Below, piece after piece: positions 15,407 through 24,230 of a DNA stretch of 38,961 bases; position 1 is the first letter of the stretch, and each line of letters starts with the position of its first letter. Below the pieces are notes generated by a model. That model was not told the origin of the DNA, did not search any database, and saw only the letters and a program-made list of their open reading frames with translations. Both the position numbers and the translations under genes were made by a program. The DNA is from Desulfobulbales bacterium (GTDB lineage: Bacteria; Desulfobacterota; Desulfobulbia; Desulfobulbales; JAGXFP01), in assembly GCA_029210665.1 (NCBI GenBank), contig JARGFN010000002.1, positions 1-38,961 of the forward strand. Direction: 5' to 3'.

Positions 15407-16654
15407 ATGCTTGCCGGCGCCAACCGGGTCGCGATAACCGGCATGGGCATTGTCTCCTGCCTGGGCCTGAACCGGGACGAAGTCAAGCAAGCCCTGCTCG
15501 AAGGGCGTTGCGGCCTGGAATTTCTTCCGGAACGCAAAAAACTCGGCTTTCAAAGCGGCCTGAGCGGGGTGATCAAAAATTTCGACTCCAAAAAAATCCT
15601 CGACCGCAAAAAGCGTAAAACCTTGCCGGAATTTGGCCTCTGGGCCTGGACCGCCATCGAAGAGGCCCTGGATCAGGCCGGCCTCGAACCGGACATCCTC
15701 CATGGCGATGTTGAGACCGGCATGGTCTTCGGTAACGATTCGTCGGCGGTTACCGCCGTCGAGCAAGTCGATATTCTGCGAAAAACCGGGGAGACCAGGA
15801 GCATCGGCAGCGGTCATATCTTCCGGCTCCTGAACAGCACCGTCACCCTGAACATCGGCACCATTCTCGGTTTGCACGGCCAGGTCTGGACGGTCAGCGG
15901 CGCCTGCGCCAGCGGCGCCATGGCGATCGGCCAGGGGGCCGAACTGATTGCAGCCGGCAGACAGAAAAGGGTGATCTGCGGCGGCGCCCAGGAGATCTCC
16001 TGGCAGTCGATGTGCAGCTTCGACACCCTGGCCGCCTTTTCCCGCCGCGAAAACGATCCGCCTTCCGCCTCCAGGCCCTTTGACCGGGACCGGGACGGAT
16101 TGGTGCCGAGCGGCGGGGCGGCGACGGTGATCCTCGAATCTTATGAGGAGGCCGAAAACCGGGGGGCGGTCATTCTGGGTGAGGTTATGGGCTACGGCAA
16201 CACCAGCGACGGCCACCATATCGTGATTCCCAGCGGCGAAGGTCTGGAAAGGGCCATGCGCCAGGCCATTGCCGATGCGGGCCTGAATCATGCCGACATC
16301 GATCTGGTCTTGGCCCACGCCACTTCGACCCCGGCCGGCGACGAAGCCGAGGGCCGGGCCCTCGCCAATATCTTCAAACCGAGTTCCACCGGTCCCGGTC
16401 CGCTCATCACCGCCACCAAGGCCTTAACGGGGCATGAGTTCTGGATGGCGGGCGCTTCCCAGGTCATCTACGGAATGCTGATGGCCGAAGACAAATTCGT
16501 GGTCGGCAACCGCAACCTCGAAAACCCCGACAACTCGATAAAGAACTTGCGTTTACCCACCCGGAATGTTTATACTAATTCCCTTTTTTTGCTCTGTAAC
16601 GCGGCAGGTTTCGGCGGCACCAACGCGTCCCTGGTAATAAAAAATCACCGGTGA
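15407..16654 (+). CDS. beta-ketoacyl-ACP synthase (KAS I/II-type), KS-1
   Basis: 415 aa. The N-terminus is 'VAITGMGIVSCLG'. The Cys-His-His triad motifs are 'VSGACASGAMAIG', 'LAHATSTPAGD' and 'ALTGHEFWMAGA', and the C-terminus carries 'GFGGTNASLVI'. Confidence 0.9.
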   Translation: MLAGANRVAITGMGIVSCLGLNRDEVKQALLEGRCGLEFLPERKKLGFQSGLSGVIKNFDSKKILDRKKRKTLPEFGLWAWTAIEEALDQAGLEPDILHGDVETGMVFGNDSSAVTAVEQVDILRKTGETRSIGSGHIFRLLNSTVTLNIGTILGLHGQVWTVSGACASGAMAIGQGAELIAAGRQKRVICGGAQEISWQSMCSFDTLAAFSRRENDPPSASRPFDRDRDGLVPSGGAATVILESYEEAENRGAVILGEVMGYGNTSDGHHIVIPSGEGLERAMRQAIADAGLNHADIDLVLAHATSTPAGDEAEGRALANIFKPSSTGPGPLITATKALTGHEFWMAGASQVIYGMLMAEDKFVVGNRNLENPDNSIKNLRLPTRNVYTNSLFLLCNAAGFGGTNASLVIKNHR

Positions 16655-16705
16655 TTTTCTCGGCGGCCCATTTCACCTGATCGGCAGTTTCATGAGGTTC
16701 ACCTT

Positions 16706-18226
16706 TTGTCTTCACGGAAGATCGACACCATTGTCATCGGCAGCGGCATAAGCGGCCTGACCGTTGCCGGATTGCTGGCCAAAAACGGCCGGCGAGTCGT
16801 TATCGTAGAGCGGAACCGGAAACCCGGCGGCGCCCTGAGACGTTTCACCAGGGACGGCATTCCGTTCGACATCGGCTTTCACTACACGGGCGGCCTCGGC
16901 CGGGGACAGATTCTCGATGTCCTCTGGAGATATCTGGGGGTGAGGCCCGAAATCACCCCGGTGCCGATGCATCCAGACGGCTACGATTATTTCAGATTCC
17001 GCGCATCGGGAACCGAGGTCAGGGCTTATTATTCGTACGAAAGGGCCGGGGAGCAGATGTGCGCGGTTTTCCCTGATGAAGCGGCCGGAATCGCCCGCTA
17101 TCTGGGGACGATCAAAAATATCTGCGGGAAAATTCCTTTTTACGACCTGGACCTGCCCTTGTCCCCTTTTCTGCGAGATTTTTTCAGTTCCCAGGACCGC
17201 CCCTTGCCCGAGGCGATCGCCTCAATGGTTAAAAACCCGGAACTGCAAGCGGTTCTGGCCGCTCCCGCCTTCCTTTACGGGGTGCCGCCGGCAAAGGCCG
17301 GTCTGACCATGCATGCGGCCGTGGCCCATAGTTATTATCAGGGCGCCTGGGGCATCCGGGGCGGCGGCCAGGCGGTAGTGGACGGTTTTCTGAAAACATT
17401 GACCGGGCATGGGGTAGAAATTCTCACCGGCCAAGGAGTGGAGAAAATCGAGGTCGGTAACGGTTGCATAAACGGCGTCACCCTCGCCGACCGTCGGCGG
17501 ATTCCGGCCGGGCAGGTGATATATACCGGCCACCCCGCCCATCTGCCCGATCTGGTTACGCCGGGAAGCTTCCGGCCGGCCTTTACTCATCGAATCAAGG
17601 GACTGGAAGATACGATTTCAATGTTTACGGTTTTCGGCAGGATGAACCGCCCTGCCGCTCTGCCGGCATTGGACCGGGCCAACCTGTACTGTATCAACCG
17701 GGGTTTCGACCTGATGGCTGATCCGGCGGCGGTCGGAAACGGCTCCGTGTTATTGACCGCACCGGGCCGTCGTGACCTGAATGCATTTGATGACGATAGA
17801 CGGAGCGGCGATGGAGTCATTCTGATGCGCCCGGCGAACTGGAGCGAAACGGCGAGGTTCTCCAGGGAAAACTCAAGGACACGGGGCGCCGGTTACCGGG
17901 AATGGAAAACCGCCGCCACAAAAAATTTAATCGAACGAGCCGCCGCCGGTTTCGGCGAGGGATGTCTTGGAATTGAGCCCCTGGCCGCGGGCTCGCCCTT
18001 GACCTTCAGAGATGAACTGGGCTCTCCGGCGGGGGGGATATACGGCGTGCAGCACAACCTGCAGCAATTCGTGGCCCGGGCCAGGACCAAGGTGCAAGGC
18101 CTGTACCTGAGCGGCCAGGGTTCCTTGATGACGGGGCTCCTCGGCGCCTCGATGGCAGGGCTGGTTACGGCCGGCGAAATCATGGGCCTCGAAGAGACCT
18201 GGGACAAGGTCAGAAAATGGCAGTGA
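16706..18226 (+). CDS. FAD/NAD(P)-dependent oxidoreductase, phytoene-desaturase (CrtI)-like family
   Basis: 506 aa with the dinucleotide fold 'DTIVIGSGISGLTVAGLLAKNGRRVVIVERNRKPGG'. Length and C-terminal block (GLYLSGQGSLMTGLLGA) fit COG1233-type enzymes. The start is TTG with a GAGG SD 8 nt upstream. Confidence 0.8.
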   Translation: MSSRKIDTIVIGSGISGLTVAGLLAKNGRRVVIVERNRKPGGALRRFTRDGIPFDIGFHYTGGLGRGQILDVLWRYLGVRPEITPVPMHPDGYDYFRFRASGTEVRAYYSYERAGEQMCAVFPDEAAGIARYLGTIKNICGKIPFYDLDLPLSPFLRDFFSSQDRPLPEAIASMVKNPELQAVLAAPAFLYGVPPAKAGLTMHAAVAHSYYQGAWGIRGGGQAVVDGFLKTLTGHGVEILTGQGVEKIEVGNGCINGVTLADRRRIPAGQVIYTGHPAHLPDLVTPGSFRPAFTHRIKGLEDTISMFTVFGRMNRPAALPALDRANLYCINRGFDLMADPAAVGNGSVLLTAPGRRDLNAFDDDRRSGDGVILMRPANWSETARFSRENSRTRGAGYREWKTAATKNLIERAAAGFGEGCLGIEPLAAGSPLTFRDELGSPAGGIYGVQHNLQQFVARARTKVQGLYLSGQGSLMTGLLGASMAGLVTAGEIMGLEETWDKVRKWQ

Positions 18227-19446
18227 ACAGGGTGGTCATAACCGGTCGCGGGGCGGTCTCACCCCTTGGGATCGGAGTTGCCGAGCTTATCGAAGCGGTC
18301 TGGCAGGGTCGTTCCGGCGTCAAGCTCATGGATGAGTGGCGGCAAATCAAGGGGATGCGGGCTCTCACTGCGGCCCCCGTCCCCAAGACCGATGCGAAAT
18401 CCCTATTACCCAGGTCAATGCGGAGAACCATGGGAGACATGGCCATCCATGCCACCCTCGCCGCCCGCGAAGCCGTGGAAGACGCCGGGCTTTCCGCCGA
18501 CCTTCTCGGCTCGGGACGGGTCGGCGTCGCCATCGGTTCGACCACCGGCAGCCCGGCGGCCTACGAAACCTTTTATGAAAAATTCCTTGCCGAACGTTCC
18601 ATCGAAGAGCTAAAATCCGGCTTCTTTTTCAAGATTATGAGCCACAGCTGCGCCGCCAATGTCTGCCTTGCCCTCGGTATTACCGGTGAGCAATGGTCGC
18701 CGGCCAGCGCCTGCAGTTCCTCGGCCCAGGCTATGGGTCTGGGCTACATGCTGATCAAGAGCGGTCGCCAGGATGTCGTGCTCTGCGGCGGAGCCGACGA
18801 AGTCCACCATTCGGTGACCATGGTTTTCGATGTCCTGAAAGCGGCTTCCCGCAACCATGCTCAACCCTTGGTCACCCCAAGGCCATTCGATATTGATCGG
18901 GACGGCGTGGTTTGCGGCGGCGGCGGCGGCATCCTGGTTCTGGAAAGTCTGGAAGGCGCGGAAGCGCGGGGCGCGAAAATCCATGGCGAAATTCTGGGAT
19001 TCGGTCATATTAACGATTGCAGCCATATCGCCAACCCTCATTCGAACAGCATGTCGGCCGCCATGCGGGCCGCCTTGCAGGAAGCGGGGGTTGCCGGAAG
19101 CGAAATAGACTATGTCAACGCCCATGCCACCGGCACCCCGCAAGGCGATATCGCCGAAGCCGGCGCCATACTTAAAACGGTCGGCAGTAAGGTGCCGGTC
19201 AGTTCTTTCAAGGGTCATATCGGCCATACCCTGGGGGCCGCCGGAGCGCTTGAAACGATCATAATGCTGGAAATTATGCACAGGCAGGAGATCATCCCCA
19301 CCCTGAACCTTGAAAATCCCGATCCGCAATGCGGCGCCATCGCCCTGCCTCGGGAAATTGTCCCGCGAAAGATTGACCTGATGATAAAAAACAACTTTGC
19401 CCTGGGCGGTGTCAACACCTCCCTGGTATTCCAGAGGTGGCATTAA
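18217..19446 (+). CDS. beta-ketoacyl-ACP synthase II-type, KS-2
   Basis: 409 aa carrying 'VVITGRGAVSPLG', 'PASACSSSAQAMG', 'NAHATGTPQGD', 'KGHIGHTLGAAGALE' and 'LGGVNTSLVF'. Its ATG overlaps the upstream stop (ATGGCAGTGA). Confidence 0.9.
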   Translation: MAVNRVVITGRGAVSPLGIGVAELIEAVWQGRSGVKLMDEWRQIKGMRALTAAPVPKTDAKSLLPRSMRRTMGDMAIHATLAAREAVEDAGLSADLLGSGRVGVAIGSTTGSPAAYETFYEKFLAERSIEELKSGFFFKIMSHSCAANVCLALGITGEQWSPASACSSSAQAMGLGYMLIKSGRQDVVLCGGADEVHHSVTMVFDVLKAASRNHAQPLVTPRPFDIDRDGVVCGGGGGILVLESLEGAEARGAKIHGEILGFGHINDCSHIANPHSNSMSAAMRAALQEAGVAGSEIDYVNAHATGTPQGDIAEAGAILKTVGSKVPVSSFKGHIGHTLGAAGALETIIMLEIMHRQEIIPTLNLENPDPQCGAIALPREIVPRKIDLMIKNNFALGGVNTSLVFQRWH

Positions 19447-19701
19447 ATGCTGACAGACAAGGAAATTCAGCAGCGGATAACCGAGGTTATCTCCGAGGAA
19501 TTCGAGCTTGAACCCTCCCGACTCGTTCCCGGCGCCACCCTCTACGATGATCTGGGCCTTGACAGTCTCGACGCCGTCGACATGGTAGTGGCACTGGAAA
19601 AATCGTTTGGCATCAAACTCGCCAATGAAGAAGCCATCAAAGCGGTCCGGACCATGGACGACCTTTGCCGGCTGATCATCAATCTCAAAAAAGAAAACTG
19701 A
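19447..19701 (+). CDS. acyl carrier protein, ACP-1
   Basis: 84 aa with the phosphopantetheine site 'LGLDSLDAVDMVVALE'. Its ATG directly follows the KS-2 TAA. Confidence 0.9.
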   Translation: MLTDKEIQQRITEVISEEFELEPSRLVPGATLYDDLGLDSLDAVDMVVALEKSFGIKLANEEAIKAVRTMDDLCRLIINLKKEN

Positions 19702-19711
19702 CTATTCAGCC

Positions 19712-20530
19712 GTGAACCTGAACAAGTTTTTACTGAACATATACTACTGGCCGATGTTTCTTCTGGTAACCATTTTGGCTTTCCTGAGCGCGCCGCTCCT
19801 GCTGATCGGCAACCTGATGTTGCCCGGACATCCCATTGCCCGGACAATCCGGCAGGGTATCAGGATTTACGGCTGGGTGCTGATCCGGCTGGTGCCCTTC
19901 ATGGCGCCGGTCGTCCTCGAAGATCGCTCGGGCGGTTTCGAGGAACCGGTCATCTTCACTCCCAACCACAGCTCTTCCGCCGATCCCTATCTTTTCGGGC
20001 TGGTGCCGGTGGAAAACGCCTTTGTCACCTCCTGGCCTTTTCATATCCCCTTTTATAATTTTTTCATGCACCTGGCCGGCTATGTCAATTCGACCAGGGG
20101 GTGGCAACATGTCCAGAAAAAAGGCAGGGAATTGCTCGACTCAGGATGCTCGCTGATTATCTGGCCGGAGGGTCACCGCACCCGGACCGGCCGCCTGGGC
20201 AGATTCAAGAACGGCGCCTTTCGACTGGCCCTGGCCACCGGCAGACCGATTGTACCGGTCTGCATTATCGGCTCCCGCCGGGTGCTTCCCCCGGGCCGTT
20301 TTTTTCTGAGCCCGGCCCGGGTCAGGATCATCCTCCTGCCGACAATCACCCCGGCCGGCAAGGCCGACAACCCCGAGGACATAAAAAACCTGAAAGATAA
20401 ATCAAAAAAGTGCATAGACGAGGAACTGCAAAAACATCGGTCCAGCACGGCCGCTTCCGCGGCAAACCGGACCAGCCCATTATCATTTGCCGTCGGCCCC
20501 GGGAAAGAACCGGGCCGCAGCTGCTCCTGA
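19712..20530 (+). CDS. lysophospholipid/1-acylglycerol-3-phosphate acyltransferase (PlsC-like)
   Basis: It has an N-terminal TM segment, the HX4D motif 'NHSSSADP' and 'IIWPEGHRTRTG'. The start is GTG (alternative ATG at 19751). The C-terminal tail is low-complexity. Confidence 0.8.
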   Translation: MNLNKFLLNIYYWPMFLLVTILAFLSAPLLLIGNLMLPGHPIARTIRQGIRIYGWVLIRLVPFMAPVVLEDRSGGFEEPVIFTPNHSSSADPYLFGLVPVENAFVTSWPFHIPFYNFFMHLAGYVNSTRGWQHVQKKGRELLDSGCSLIIWPEGHRTRTGRLGRFKNGAFRLALATGRPIVPVCIIGSRRVLPPGRFFLSPARVRIILLPTITPAGKADNPEDIKNLKDKSKKCIDEELQKHRSSTAASAANRTSPLSFAVGPGKEPGRSCS

Positions 20531-20534
20531 ACCG

Positions 20535-21845
20535 ATGTCTGCTCGTTTCGACCTGAATAAAGCCCTTGCCTTCCGAACGGCGGACCCGGCTGAACTTGCC
20601 GATCGACAGAATCCCCTGCTGCAAGCCCATCTTCGCCAGGCCCTCAAAACCTCTTTTTACCAGGAGTTATTCGCCCGCATCGGCTGCCTTCCCGAGGAGA
20701 TCAACCTGGGGAACCTAACCTCGTTGCCGCTCACCTCCAGGCACGATGTCGAGGCGAACCCCGAAGCGTTTTTCGCCGTTCCCCCTGAAATGCAGGCTGA
20801 CCTGGCGCTGACTTCGGGATCGACCGGCGCTCCGGTTCTGGTTCCCTATACCGCCCTTGATCTGGAACGATTGGCCTTTAATGAGCGGATGAATTTTCAC
20901 GGGGCCGGGGTTAATAAAAATGATCGCTTCCTGCTGTGCGTGACCCTCGATCGCTGCTTTGTCGCCGGGCTCGCCTACTATACCGGTCTGGTCGGCCTCG
21001 GCGCTTCCTGTATCCGTAGCGGGCCGGGCCAGCCGGCCCGGCAATGGGAATTGATCGACCGCCTGCGCCCTTCGGGACTGGTCGGGGTTCCCTCTTTTCT
21101 TTTGAAAATGGCGCAATGGGGGAAAAGGCACGGGTATAACCCGGGGAAAAATGGTATAAGCTCCCTGGTTACGATCGGAGAACCGGTCCGGCGGGCCGAC
21201 AACTCCCTGACCCCCCTTGGTCGTGAACTCGAAGAAGCCTGGCATGGCCGGGTTTTTTCCTCTTACGGGGCCACCGAACTGGAAACGGCCTTCTGCGAAT
21301 GCACGGCCGCCGCCGGCGGCCATGTTCATCCGGAACTGATGATCGCCGAGATCGTCGACGAGGCAGGCAATTCCGTTAAACCCGGCGAACCGGGCGAAGT
21401 GGTGGTTACCCCACTGGGTGTCGAAGGTTTTCCGCTGGTCCGTTTCCGGACCGGGGATATCGCCCGCCTCCACACCTCTCCATGCCGATGCGGCTGGCGA
21501 ACCGCGCGACTCGGTGCGATCGAGGGACGCCTGGCCCAACGCCTCAAGGTCAAGGGCACCACCATTTACCCGGAAATGATCTTTCAGGCCCTGCAGGAAC
21601 TGCCGGAAATATCATGTTGTTATCTTGAAGTAAGGTCGGCCTATGATCTCTCCGACCAGATCCATATCGTTATCGGAATGGATGACCCGGCAACGGTTGA
21701 GCTCGGCCGAATCAGCGATCATCTCCAGGCCCGGCTGCGGGTCAAACCGGAAATAACCGTCCAGGCCAGGGATGTGGTCCAGGAGACCATGGAACAATCC
21801 GGCGGACGCAAATTAAAACGCTTTTTCGATTTTCGTGGTAAGTGA
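20535..21845 (+). CDS. adenylate-forming enzyme, phenylacetate-CoA ligase (PaaK)/F390 synthetase-like
   Basis: The AMP-binding P-loop 'LTSGSTGAPVLVPYT' and 'YGATELE' are present, and the ~437 aa size is typical of the PaaK-like family. The ATG at 20535 lies 4 nt after the upstream stop; the ORF-track start at 20487 overlaps the acyltransferase. Confidence 0.8.
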   Translation: MSARFDLNKALAFRTADPAELADRQNPLLQAHLRQALKTSFYQELFARIGCLPEEINLGNLTSLPLTSRHDVEANPEAFFAVPPEMQADLALTSGSTGAPVLVPYTALDLERLAFNERMNFHGAGVNKNDRFLLCVTLDRCFVAGLAYYTGLVGLGASCIRSGPGQPARQWELIDRLRPSGLVGVPSFLLKMAQWGKRHGYNPGKNGISSLVTIGEPVRRADNSLTPLGRELEEAWHGRVFSSYGATELETAFCECTAAAGGHVHPELMIAEIVDEAGNSVKPGEPGEVVVTPLGVEGFPLVRFRTGDIARLHTSPCRCGWRTARLGAIEGRLAQRLKVKGTTIYPEMIFQALQELPEISCCYLEVRSAYDLSDQIHIVIGMDDPATVELGRISDHLQARLRVKPEITVQARDVVQETMEQSGGRKLKRFFDFRGK

Positions 21846-21850
21846 CAGGT

Positions 21851-22891
21851 ATGAAATGTTTTGGTGAACACTGGGGACTTGAGTTTTCCCAAGAAGAAAT
21901 TGCCGCGGCCCTGGCCAGAGACGGGTTGCTTTCCATGGAACTGGAACTCTCCAGGGCCTGCAACCTGCGTTGTATCTATTGCTATGCCGAGTCGGGCGTG
22001 CCGATGGCCAACGAGCTCAGCCTCGATGAAATTTTCAGGGCCGTCGACCAGGCCGTGGAGCTGGGCGCCCGGAAAATCATCATCCTCGGCGGCGGCGAAC
22101 CGACCCTTTACAAGGACCTTTTCAAGGTAATCGATTACATCCAGGCCAAAAAGGTCGAGGTCGATGTCTTCACCAACGGCATGCTGATCGACCGGGACAA
22201 GGCCGAGGCGCTCTACGCGCGCAAGGTCTCGGTGGTGGTCAAGATGAACAGCCGCGACCCGGAGATCCAGGATATGCTGGCCGGCCACCCCGGCGCTGCC
22301 GCCGCCATCAACAAAGGCTTAAAGGCCCTGATGGACGCCGGTTATCCCGACGAGGACCATACCCTGGGCATCGAAACCATCATCTGCCGGCAGAACTACG
22401 CCGAGCTGGCCGACCTGTGGATCTGGGCGCGAAAGCAGAACATCATCCCCTATATCGAGATGATGACCCTCCAGGGCCGGGCCACGGAACATCCCGATCT
22501 TGAAGTGCCGATCAATGAAGTAAAGACCCTCTTTGAGAAGCTGGCCGAGATCGACCGGGAGATGTTCGACAGCCACTGGACCCCCCACCCGCCCCTGGCC
22601 GCCTCCCAATGCGCCCGGCATGAATATTCCTGCACGGTAACCGCCAACGGCGACGTCCAGCCCTGTCCGGGGGTCAGCGTCCCCGCCGGCAATATCCGGG
22701 AGCAGCCCCTGGCCGAGATCCTCAAGAAAAGCACCCCGATCCAGGAGCTTCGCAATATCAGGAAGATAATCAAGGGACGCTGCGGAGAATGCCGGTTCGG
22801 CGATTACTGCTACGGCTGCCGCGGCCACGCCTATCAGGTTACCGGCGATTACCTGGCCGAGGATCCCCTTTGCTGGCTGGACCATAAATAG
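21851..22891 (+). CDS. radical SAM enzyme with C-terminal SPASM-type auxiliary-cluster domain
   Basis: The CX3CX2C motif is 'CNLRCIYCYA'. The C-terminus is Cys-rich ('CARHEYSCTVTANGDVQPCPG' and 'GRCGECRFGDYCYGCRGHAY'). An alternative GTG at 21842 overlaps the upstream stop (GTGA). Confidence 0.85.
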   Translation: MKCFGEHWGLEFSQEEIAAALARDGLLSMELELSRACNLRCIYCYAESGVPMANELSLDEIFRAVDQAVELGARKIIILGGGEPTLYKDLFKVIDYIQAKKVEVDVFTNGMLIDRDKAEALYARKVSVVVKMNSRDPEIQDMLAGHPGAAAAINKGLKALMDAGYPDEDHTLGIETIICRQNYAELADLWIWARKQNIIPYIEMMTLQGRATEHPDLEVPINEVKTLFEKLAEIDREMFDSHWTPHPPLAASQCARHEYSCTVTANGDVQPCPGVSVPAGNIREQPLAEILKKSTPIQELRNIRKIIKGRCGECRFGDYCYGCRGHAYQVTGDYLAEDPLCWLDHK

Positions 22892-22919
22892 GCGCTCATT
22901 TACCCGGCATGGTTAACGA

Positions 22920-24215
22920 ATGAAAATCCTTCTGGTCAACCCCCCCAACAGCGGCAAAAGCATCCCCGAGGAAAGATACGGGATCAACTCGATCAAGCAG
23001 ATCTTCCGCGGCGAGCCCCTGGCCCTGGAGGTACTGGCCGGAAACTTGCGCGATTTCGAGGTCAGAATCGTCGACCTCAAGGCCGCCCCCGACTCCCTGC
23101 CCGAAGTCCTGGCAGAGTTTCGCCCCGATCTGGCCGGCATCACCGGGGTGACCTGCGAGGCCAATTCGGTCCTGAAACTGGCCGCCGAAATCAAGGAGAG
23201 CTGCGGGGCCGTGATCGTGGTCGGCGGAATCCACGCCTCCAACGATCCCGAGTTTTTTAACCGTGCCGGGATCGACTATGTGGTAATCGGCCTCGGCAAG
23301 GCGAGCTTCCGGGAACTGGCCCTGGCCTTGCGGGACTCCAAAAAAGGATGCGCTATTCCCGGGGTGGCCCCGGTCGGCCCGGGCCGCCCCCTGCAATACA
23401 CTTTGAGACAATTCTCGGCGGCGGACCTCGGCGACGACTTGCCGCCCGCCTATGAGCTGGTCGAGCAGTACCGTTCGAGCTATTATCTTGCCGGCTTGAA
23501 GCTCGACATGGGTTTCGTGGTCACCGCCTTCGGCTGCCCGTTCAACTGCTCCTTCTGCTGCATCGGCGGCCTGACCGGCGGCCGTTACCTTACCCACGAC
23601 ACCGAGGCGGTGATTCGCGATATCAAGATGCTCGGCGATATTCCGGTGGTCCGGCTCCTCGATGCCAACACCTTCGGCGATCCGCAACATGCCGAACGGC
23701 TTTGCGAGGCGATCCGGGAGGCCGGTATCGACAAGCAGTTCCTCGCCGACGTCCGTTCCGACACGGTGGTCAACCACCCTGAACTGATGCAGAAATGGAA
23801 GGATGCCGGCCTGCGGGCCGTGATCATCGGTTTCGAGGAGATCAGCGACGAAGGATTGCAGAAGATGAACAAGGCCAATCTGGCCGCGGTCAATACCGAA
23901 TCGATCGCCATTCTCCACGAGATCGGCATTACGATCATCGGCGACTTCATCGTCTCCCCGGACTACGGGCAGGATGATTTCGACCGGTTGGGCGAATACA
24001 TCGGCGCGAACAAGGTTGATTTGCCGATGATTACGGTAATGACCCCCCTGCCCGGCACCAAACTGCACCGGGAGATACGGGACCGAATCACCATCGACGA
24101 TCTCGATTACTATACCCTGACCAACGCCGTCGTCCCGACCCGGCTGGCCGAGGAGAGCTTTTACCGCAATTACGCCGCCCTGCTCCGGGAAGGCCATGCC
24201 GGGGCAAAACTTTAG
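22920..24215 (+). CDS. B12-binding-domain radical SAM enzyme (class B type), rSAM-B1
   Basis: The N-terminus is Rossmann-like ('MKILLVNPP...VVGGIHAS') and is followed by the CX3CX2C motif 'FGCPFNCSFCCIG'. Confidence 0.85.
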   Translation: MKILLVNPPNSGKSIPEERYGINSIKQIFRGEPLALEVLAGNLRDFEVRIVDLKAAPDSLPEVLAEFRPDLAGITGVTCEANSVLKLAAEIKESCGAVIVVGGIHASNDPEFFNRAGIDYVVIGLGKASFRELALALRDSKKGCAIPGVAPVGPGRPLQYTLRQFSAADLGDDLPPAYELVEQYRSSYYLAGLKLDMGFVVTAFGCPFNCSFCCIGGLTGGRYLTHDTEAVIRDIKMLGDIPVVRLLDANTFGDPQHAERLCEAIREAGIDKQFLADVRSDTVVNHPELMQKWKDAGLRAVIIGFEEISDEGLQKMNKANLAAVNTESIAILHEIGITIIGDFIVSPDYGQDDFDRLGEYIGANKVDLPMITVMTPLPGTKLHREIRDRITIDDLDYYTLTNAVVPTRLAEESFYRNYAALLREGHAGAKL

Positions 24216-24230
24216 GAACCGAATTATTCA

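Noticed and set aside
14820-15618. Small plus-strand ORFs in the 729-nt efp/KS-1 spacer (14820..15023, 67 aa; 15223..15618, 131 aa).
   Set aside because: They run through the R1 repeat and MITE sequences. They lack SD sequences and recognisable motifs, and the second reads out of frame into KS-1.
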